DNA from: Pseudoalteromonas tetraodonis
GTDB taxonomy: Bacteria; Pseudomonadota; Gammaproteobacteria; Enterobacterales; Alteromonadaceae
Direction: 5' to 3'
NCBI RefSeq assembly: GCF_002310835.1
Contig: NZ_CP011041.1
Span: 2,490,001 to 2,522,000 of the forward strand
Length of the DNA: 32,000 nucleotides
Both the position numbers and the translations under genes were made by a program. Below are positions 26,395 through 32,000 of this stretch, piece by piece. The notes beneath the pieces are model-generated. The model did not search any database, was not told the DNA's origin, and saw nothing but the letters and a program-made list of their open reading frames with translations. Position 1 is the first letter of the stretch. Each line of letters starts with the position of its first letter.

Positions 26395-27072
26395 TCACTT
26401 ACTCGCTTGTTTTAGCATGATGCCATCAGCACTGTTACTGCTATTTAACGCGTCGATCACTGATTGCGGAATAAAGCCCTGTGCAGAGCCTACAACCGCT
26501 TTACTCGCTAAACCAACAATACGTGCGTTTACTAGTATGCCACCTTGGTGGTTTACTAGCGTGCCGGCTAATACGTAACTAAAATTTTGTTCTTGGTTAA
26601 GCTCTAAGTAGTCGCGACTAAAAACAAAATCGCCGCCAGGTGTTACACGCATATAATCGGTGGTTTTAAAATCGATTACCGGTACACCAAAATTATGCAG
26701 CTCATGCATAAAGCTCTCTGCTATTTGGTTACCCACTAAGTCAGCATTGTTGTAGTCACGGTCTAAAAAAACAAAGCTTGATACCGCTAATGGCGTTTTA
26801 GTATTTACGTACTGTAAATTTTCAGCCATGTCTTGCATGATGCCACGCACATAATGATTAATATTTTTACGTGTTGGCGTGTTAACTTGTTTGTTTTTAT
26901 TCATCACTGCTGTTTTATTTTGATACAGCGAGTCGCTTTGTGTAGGTGCGGCTACAGGGCGTTGCTCAAAAAACATAGGCGCATCGTCGGTAATTTGTGT
27001 GTCACTATGGTTTGTCATTTGTGAACAACCAAAGCCTAGTGGCAAACATAAAGTTAATAGTAGGCGTTTCAT
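26395..27072 (-). CDS. FlgO/LpoB-like outer-membrane lipoprotein, paralog 2
   Basis: Signal peptide with Cys (LPLGFGCS). The core is LAVSSFVFLDRDYNNADLVGNQIAESFMHELHNFGVPVIDFKTTDYMRVTPGGDFVFSRDYLEL...YVLAGTLVNHQGGILVNARIVG...FIP. AGGAG lies 5 nt upstream of the ATG. Confidence 0.7.
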   Translation of the reverse strand: MKRLLLTLCLPLGFGCSQMTNHSDTQITDDAPMFFEQRPVAAPTQSDSLYQNKTAVMNKNKQVNTPTRKNINHYVRGIMQDMAENLQYVNTKTPLAVSSFVFLDRDYNNADLVGNQIAESFMHELHNFGVPVIDFKTTDYMRVTPGGDFVFSRDYLELNQEQNFSYVLAGTLVNHQGGILVNARIVGLASKAVVGSAQGFIPQSVIDALNSSNSADGIMLKQASK

Positions 27073-27084
27073 GTGTGCTCCTAA

Positions 27085-27678
27085 TTAATATTCACTGCGG
27101 TAAATATAGTCACCGCGCTGCTGTATTTTTTCATTGCTCCACATCACATTGATGGGAATTTCAGTACTGCCGGCAGATACAACTTGGTTGGTTTGCATAT
27201 TTACCATTCGTGCATTAACAATATAAGCATGCTCTTGGCGAGTTAAAGTACCGGTGATGACAAAGTCAATAATCTGACGCTGCTTTAAGTTGCCAGTATT
27301 GCGGCTAAGTACTGAGTCTGCACTCGCTGATAAGTTAAGTTGGTTTTCAAGCCGATATTCAACCGTGTTATAACCTAATTGGGTGAACTGGGTTATTAAG
27401 CTTTCCTGAATCTGCTGGCTAAGCCCTGCCCCCTGCCCTTGAGCAACGTGAGAATCTAGGGCATCTGCTAAATAAAAGCTACTGACCGCAATTGAAGCAG
27501 TGCTTTTAAAAGGCTCTTTAATATGGCTAAGCTGGGCACTTAAGCTACTTACGTACTGGTTCACCGTATAAGGTGCCATAACCGCTTTAGGCGCATCAGT
27601 GCTTATACTCGGCTTTGGCTGAGGTGTTAAACTACAGCCCGCTAAATTTAATAATAGTAAGGGTAACAAAAGGCGCAT
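27085..27678 (-). CDS. FlgO/LpoB-like outer-membrane lipoprotein, paralog 1
   Basis: Canonical lipobox NLAGCS. The core is IAVSSFYLAD...LSQQIQESLITQFTQLGYNTVEYR...VLSRN...FVITGTLTRQEHAYIVNARMVN...EIP. I prefer the ATG at 27678 as start, with AGGA 8 nt upstream. The ORF-track ATG at 27687 has no usable spacing. Confidence 0.7.
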   Translation of the reverse strand: MRLLLPLLLLNLAGCSLTPQPKPSISTDAPKAVMAPYTVNQYVSSLSAQLSHIKEPFKSTASIAVSSFYLADALDSHVAQGQGAGLSQQIQESLITQFTQLGYNTVEYRLENQLNLSASADSVLSRNTGNLKQRQIIDFVITGTLTRQEHAYIVNARMVNMQTNQVVSAGSTEIPINVMWSNEKIQQRGDYIYRSEY

Positions 27679-27712
27679 AGTTGCCATCCTCTAAAAACAT
27701 AATAACAACAAA

Positions 27713-27727
27713 GCAATTATTATGCCG
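27713..27727 (-). promoter_or_regulatory. Sigma54-type promoter candidate in front of the FlgO-like gene trio
   Basis: The minus strand reads CGGCAT-aataa-TTGCT with GG-N10-GC spacing. The -12 element lies about 35 nt upstream of the ATG at 27678, the same geometry as the flgB, flgF, flgJ, flgP and flgT candidates. Confidence 0.5.
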
Positions 27728-27745
27728 AATACCCTTGTCACATAT

Positions 27746-28408
27746 TTATTTTAAAGGCTGCTGGGTGTAATGACTCACAATGCAGTTGATTTGGCGCTGT
27801 TTAAGTTTATCGCAATCAGCAGCCGCATTCGCTTGTTCCTGATAAGCCCCAAGCTTTAAACGGTAGTAAGTTATGCCACTCACGTTGATAGTTTCTACAT
27901 TCGCCACAAATTCCCCCTCAAATAACGAAGATGCGCTGGCTTTTATTTCATTTAAACTTTGGCTAAGTCGGTCTTTGTCGGTAACGGCTGCAACTTGGAG
28001 GGCAAACAGCGCTTTAACGGCTTGTTTTTCATCAGCTGCTGCATTCGTTGCCATTTGAGCTTTTTGTGCTACTTTTGGTGATACCGTTTCAGCTGAAGCT
28101 TTAGCTGTTGGTACTACAGGCGTATTTGTTGATGCGGTGTCTTGATTTGCCACCGCATTTAATTGGCTTATTAATAGCTTTAAGTCTTGTTCAATAACTA
28201 ATAGACGCTCAACACCTGCTTTGGCTGCTTGCCACTGTTGAGACGATGCTTTTAGCTGCGCTAACTCCTCATCAGAAAGGCTTGCACTGGCTTGTTTAGG
28301 CTGAGGCGACTCTACTGTTGTTTTGGGACTGCTGCATCCAGATATAAAAAGAGCACCAATACAGGCGATGAGTATTGAATAGCGTTTATATAAATTAGCA
28401 TGTTGCAT
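27746..28408 (-). CDS. SPOR-domain lipoprotein with a coiled-coil linker
   Basis: 220 aa with lipobox LFISGCS. The middle is helical and rich in Gln and Ala. The C-terminal SPOR-like segment is ALFALQVAAVTDKDRLSQSLNEIKA...ITYYRLKLGAYQEQANAAADCDKLKQRQINCIV. Confidence 0.8.
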   Translation of the reverse strand: MQHANLYKRYSILIACIGALFISGCSSPKTTVESPQPKQASASLSDEELAQLKASSQQWQAAKAGVERLLVIEQDLKLLISQLNAVANQDTASTNTPVVPTAKASAETVSPKVAQKAQMATNAAADEKQAVKALFALQVAAVTDKDRLSQSLNEIKASASSLFEGEFVANVETINVSGITYYRLKLGAYQEQANAAADCDKLKQRQINCIVSHYTQQPLK

Positions 28409-28426
28409 GGTTAAACCTTATTGTTA

Positions 28427-31400
28427 TTAGTGGCTAATAAGTTGCGCTTGGACTTGGCAGTTCAAGCCTTTCACTTTTAATTCTGCGCATACTTGTTCAA
28501 GCTCTCCTTGGGCAGACTCGGCATAAGCGACGGCTAAAATATACCGTTTTTGTTTATCGTCTTTAATATAAAAAGCATCACGCTTTGATTGCTCATTTAA
28601 ATGACGTTTAATTAATTGATAATACGCTTTCATAATCGGCAATGATGAAAACCCACCCGCATTGGCAATATACGCTGGCGTTTGTGTTTTTTCTTTCAGT
28701 TCAAAGTCAACGCCCATTACTACTTCACCTTGCGCTGGTAAATTCACCATTACTTGTTGCGTATCTTTTAAGGACTTACGTTGCTTAAACTCATCATCTA
28801 TAACCGCTTTATATTCGCCAGGGCGTAAATCGGTAAACAAATAATAGCCATCATAGGCAGCTTGAGTTTGCGCCACTTGCTTACCTTGTTTATCGAGTAA
28901 TTTAACGGTAGCAAAAGGCTGCACTTCACTGCTGCCTTGCTCATCTCGTTTGTAAACAGTTCCCTCCAATTCACTACTGTGATTAAGCGGTATTTCCATA
29001 TATTCAACAAAACCGGCACGCGGTGTAATTGAAAAGCCATCGTTGGCGGCAACTAAAAAAGGATCGTTAATAGTGCCAGGCTCAATCACTATGTCGGTGG
29101 TTAAGTTAGCCGACATACCCGATAATAAAGCCATGCCGTTTTTATCAGTAACAGCTCTTCGATAGTTTTGTAGCCCTTTAACTTTTACGCCTTCTAAATT
29201 TTGCTCACCATCGTCATAAATACCATTATTATTTTCATCAAGGTAAACATGCACTATTAGCGAACCCGACTGCACTAAGCTGCGCCTGTTTATAAAGTAG
29301 TCATTATTTTTACTGTTAAACCCTAAGCTAAAGCGTCCAAATAAGCCAATGCGCCAATTGTCATTAGTGTCGTAATTAACCTTGCTATTTAAACTAAATA
29401 AATCTGTTTGCCAGTTTAGTCCTAGCTCAGCAAACTTAATCTCAGTTTGTAATGCATGCGTAAGCTTTAGCTCTGCTTGTAAATTTGATGTAAGTGAGCG
29501 GCTAAACTCGGTTTCATAGCTGGTAATTTCGCTAGTCGGCTCTAAAGAATAGTTGATGTTAAAACGCGTTCCCAAACGCCCAAAGCGTTTTTGTAAACGA
29601 CTAGTGCCAGAAAAAAGATTGTTGTCGCTCCATTGTAGATTATTATTAAATGCATATCCGCCAGCGGTATAATTTAAAATATTACCAAACCTCACTATGC
29701 TATCTCTAACATCGCTATTGATGTAACTCGCGGTGTTTTGATAACTTAATCGACCATAACTATTTTCCATTAAGTTACCTGAAAAAAACAATTCGTAATT
29801 TTCTGTGTCATTAAATACATTATTATTTTGCTGAACTTGGCCTTGTAGTTCAGAGGCTTTGCGGAGGCTGAACCTTACTGACTGTCCTAAAATTTCAGAG
29901 CGCGTAGAAAGCTTTAATTCTTTTTCTTCAAGGGTATTTTGTTCATAATCTAAATTAATGAGCACTTTGTTGAGTACACTTAAGTTAGAGCCAAATGCAT
30001 AGTTAGTTAGGTTTTCTGCATCATCACTTTTTAGTGCAGAAACTCCCGTATAAACAGAGAAGTAATCAGTTATGCCTTTTTCGTAGCGCCCTGATAAAAG
30101 CCAACCTTCTTCACCTGCTATGGTATTGCCAGAATTTAATAACTGCTCTCCTTGCTGAGTAAGTGATAGTTCATAAAAACCATCTCCCCTTTCTAAGCTA
30201 TTACCATCAATGAGGTATTCTTCAACTTTACGCTCCACCTCTCCTTGTGGGCCATAAAATATGAGCTCAAAAGTGTTAGCACCAAATAATAAGTCAACAT
30301 TTTCAAATAGATAGCGCCCATCAGGTAAGCTAAGCTGCTGATCGATCAAAATATTATTTCGATATAACTCTACATCCCAACCAGCTTGCACTGCTCCCGT
30401 TAAAGTTATTTGATTGCTGTTTATTTCTTTGTAAAGCGGTTTATTATTTACTTTAACGCCGCGCGCATAATTGCTTTTAAAGCGAGTGCCAATTTGTGTT
30501 GCAAGTACATCACCAAACTCAATACTTGTCGCGTTGAGTGGGCCAAGTAAATTACCTTCAGCGTTTTCCCGGTTAAATGAAAGCCGTGAATCTTTTAATA
30601 AATCGCCATTGCTACCGGCTAAATAGTATTCGCTGTTAAAGTAGGCCAAATCTTGCGAACCTAATATGGCATAGTTTAATGTGTTGTCATTATTTGTTGC
30701 TGTGTAGCTTAGTTGTACATCAGCCACAGGTGACGACATTGCTTGATAAGGACTTGGTTTCCACGGTAGTGTGGGCGTTTTATCGGGTGAACTTGTGTAT
30801 AAGGTACGCTGTTGCCGCTGTAGTTTTTTTTCTATGGGGAGGGTTACAGTTGGTGATAAACCTAATTTTAAGGAGCTATAATTAGCAATCATTCCTAATC
30901 CAAACCAGCGGTTTAACACTTCTATATCTATAAATATATCACCGGCATCTATATAGTAATCGGATTCATTAAGGCGCTGTTTTTCTGTGCTTAACTGCAC
31001 AGTTTTATTATTAATATTTAAATTAAAAATGTTATTCGGCGAAATATACCACCCTTGTGCCATTAACGAATCGCGATCAACATTAACAGCAAAATTAAGT
31101 AACTCAAATAAACTACTTAGTTCAATCCATGCACCATTTTCATTTTTAATCGCAATTATCTCGCCTAAGTAATATTTATCCAAGTAAGTTGAAAAAAACA
31201 GTAGCTCACCAACAGGAATGCCTATGAGGTTTTGGTCTGTTGTTGCTGATGATGTATTACTTAACGAACCACTGGTATCGTTAAAAGCATCAATTACAAC
31301 AATTTTGTCCGATGAAATATCTTTTGTTGTATCAGAATTACCTTGCTTTTCCCTTAAGCTTTGCCATTTTTTTTCAATATTAAAAAGCGTGTTGTAAACA

Positions 31401-31495
31401 GCCTCATTATTTTGCTGCGCAGCAAACACACTAAAGCCCAATATCCATAAAGGTATTAGGCTTGCGTAAAAAACGGAGCGAGTAAGTAAGGTCAG
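28427..31495 (-). CDS. Large outer-membrane protein: usher-like N-domain, barrel and plug-like segment, two carboxypeptidase-regulatory/Cna-B-like beta-sandwiches, and a C-terminal SPOR-like domain
   Basis: The ORF track gives 28427-31441 (1004 aa, TTG start). Alternating-hydrophobic beta-strand stretches (for example LQAELKLTHALQTEIKFAELGLNWQTDLFSLNSKVNY, WRIGLFGRFSLGF) indicate a barrel. The segment LTGAVQAGWDVELYRNNILIDQQLSLPDGRYLFENVDLLFGANTFELIFYGPQGE recalls the usher plug/middle-domain pattern. IVHVYLDENNNGIYDDGE...GVKV and LEGTVYKRDEQG...VKLLDKQGKQV...DGYYLFTDLRPGEYKAV are beta-sandwich signatures. The tail RYILAVAYAESAQGELEQVCAELKVKGLNCQV is SPOR-like. I extended the 5' end to CTG 31495 so that the signal peptide is complete (see findings). 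Confidence 0.8.
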   Translation of the reverse strand: MTLLTRSVFYASLIPLWILGFSVFAAQQNNEAVYNTLFNIEKKWQSLREKQGNSDTTKDISSDKIVVIDAFNDTSGSLSNTSSATTDQNLIGIPVGELLFFSTYLDKYYLGEIIAIKNENGAWIELSSLFELLNFAVNVDRDSLMAQGWYISPNNIFNLNINNKTVQLSTEKQRLNESDYYIDAGDIFIDIEVLNRWFGLGMIANYSSLKLGLSPTVTLPIEKKLQRQQRTLYTSSPDKTPTLPWKPSPYQAMSSPVADVQLSYTATNNDNTLNYAILGSQDLAYFNSEYYLAGSNGDLLKDSRLSFNRENAEGNLLGPLNATSIEFGDVLATQIGTRFKSNYARGVKVNNKPLYKEINSNQITLTGAVQAGWDVELYRNNILIDQQLSLPDGRYLFENVDLLFGANTFELIFYGPQGEVERKVEEYLIDGNSLERGDGFYELSLTQQGEQLLNSGNTIAGEEGWLLSGRYEKGITDYFSVYTGVSALKSDDAENLTNYAFGSNLSVLNKVLINLDYEQNTLEEKELKLSTRSEILGQSVRFSLRKASELQGQVQQNNNVFNDTENYELFFSGNLMENSYGRLSYQNTASYINSDVRDSIVRFGNILNYTAGGYAFNNNLQWSDNNLFSGTSRLQKRFGRLGTRFNINYSLEPTSEITSYETEFSRSLTSNLQAELKLTHALQTEIKFAELGLNWQTDLFSLNSKVNYDTNDNWRIGLFGRFSLGFNSKNNDYFINRRSLVQSGSLIVHVYLDENNNGIYDDGEQNLEGVKVKGLQNYRRAVTDKNGMALLSGMSANLTTDIVIEPGTINDPFLVAANDGFSITPRAGFVEYMEIPLNHSSELEGTVYKRDEQGSSEVQPFATVKLLDKQGKQVAQTQAAYDGYYLFTDLRPGEYKAVIDDEFKQRKSLKDTQQVMVNLPAQGEVVMGVDFELKEKTQTPAYIANAGGFSSLPIMKAYYQLIKRHLNEQSKRDAFYIKDDKQKRYILAVAYAESAQGELEQVCAELKVKGLNCQVQAQLISH

Positions 31496-32000
31496 TTTAG
31501 TAATCCTACTGAGTTTGTATTAATAGACACTGTTTTTTCTGCAAATATTGTATTGCGATATTCTTTTAGCCCTGTATAAACTATTCGTAATTTACCTGGC
31601 CCTGTAATTGCGTTGTTTTCAAAAAAATTGAGCGTGAGTTCTGGCTGCAACACCTCAGGATAAATACTTAAGCTACCAACCATCGCCACTTTTACTTCTT
31701 TATCGCTGTTGTTTGCTTTGTAAAAAGCTTCAATATTACCGAAGGTACTGTACTCACCTTTTCTTTGCATTGAAACATGTAATGATTTTTTTCCTTGGTC
31801 ATTACTTAGTGCAATGCTTTTTATGTCAACCTCCGGTAATTTTGACCCTTGGCGCAAAAGTACAGGAATCGAATAACTCAAAATAAGATCAATTTTAATG
31901 CCTATTGCCTGTGTGGCTTTTTTGTTTTCATTTGGTAGGGCTTGAAACAATAAGTGAGAGCGATACTCCTGCTCTGCTAAGTTTTGTGGCCTTCTTAGCA
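31492..32000 (-). CDS. PapD-like periplasmic pilus chaperone, C-terminal ~170 aa (5' end beyond the window)
   Basis: The reading frame is open to the window edge (LRRPQNLAEQEYRSHLLFQALPNE...). The pattern EYRSHLLFQALPNE...IGIKIDLILSYSIPVLLRQG resembles the chaperone DRESLFWLN..EIP...IKLFYRP signature. The gene sits immediately upstream of the usher-like gene and overlaps it. Confidence 0.55.
   Translation of the reverse strand, partial: LRRPQNLAEQEYRSHLLFQALPNENKKATQAIGIKIDLILSYSIPVLLRQGSKLPEVDIKSIALSNDQGKKSLHVSMQRKGEYSTFGNIEAFYKANNSDKEVKVAMVGSLSIYPEVLQPELTLNFFENNAITGPGKLRIVYTGLKEYRNTIFAEKTVSINTNSVGLLN

Noticed and set aside
4376-31172. Other short internal or antisense ORFs in the track, for example 4376-4681, 5563-5754, 7534-7785, 7831-8190, 13177-13437, 14417-14656, 20822-21064, 23010-23303, 23557-23745, 26154-26420, 28798-29052 and 30679-30885.
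   Set aside because: Each is nested in, or antisense to, a longer ORF with a recognisable product. None has independent signals.
28427-31495. Interpretation of the large protein as a TonB-dependent (SusC-like) receptor because of its carboxypeptidase-regulatory-like beta-sandwich.
   Set aside because: The beta-sandwiches lie at the C-terminal end rather than the N-terminus. I see no TonB-box-like N-terminal motif. The protein ends in ...QLISH rather than the aromatic terminal residue typical of such barrels. The neighbouring PapD-like ORF fits a usher-like reading better.

Overview
The window appears to come from a marine gammaproteobacterium. Gene order matches the Vibrio/Alteromonadales polar-flagellum region 1, possibly Pseudoalteromonas, and GC looks near 40% by eye; the taxon is inference only.

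Positions 1-20191 are a conventional polar flagellar locus. On the minus strand it holds fliD (5' fragment), flaG, two tandem flagellins, flgLKJIHGFEDCB, and cheR-cheV. On the plus strand are flgA and flgMN, followed by the H-ring genes flgP (-) and flgT (+). By eye I found sigma54-type (GG-N10-GC) and sigma28-type (TAAA-N15-GCCGATAA) promoter motifs and rho-independent terminators. These split the locus into units flgBCDE, flgFGHI, flgJKL, flagellin A (sigma54), flagellin B (sigma28) and flgMN (sigma28).

Positions 20206-24517 are a housekeeping redox block. It holds oxyR divergent from a peroxiredoxin-glutaredoxin hybrid, with a textbook OxyR tetrad operator between them, plus an Lpd-like flavoprotein disulfide reductase and a DHH/DHHA1 phosphoesterase.

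Positions 24518-25708 are the only clearly accessory DNA. They contain an AT-rich islet with a small membrane-protein ORF interrupted by an in-frame TAA, an inverted REP pair, and tRNA-Arg(CCT).

The most interesting part is the minus-strand gene string at 25709-32000. It encodes a PapD-like periplasmic chaperone (partial) and a roughly 1020-aa usher-like outer-membrane barrel with two beta-sandwich domains and a C-terminal SPOR-like domain. These are followed by a coiled-coil SPOR lipoprotein and three tandem paralogous FlgO/LpoB-like lipoproteins. The trio has its own sigma54-like promoter with the same geometry as the flagellar promoters.

Canonical flgO is missing from its usual place next to flgP. 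The trio may therefore supply or replace FlgO, and the whole string may be an uncharacterised peptidoglycan-anchored envelope assembly module linked to the flagellum.

I saw no rRNA, CRISPR array, transposase or integrase.
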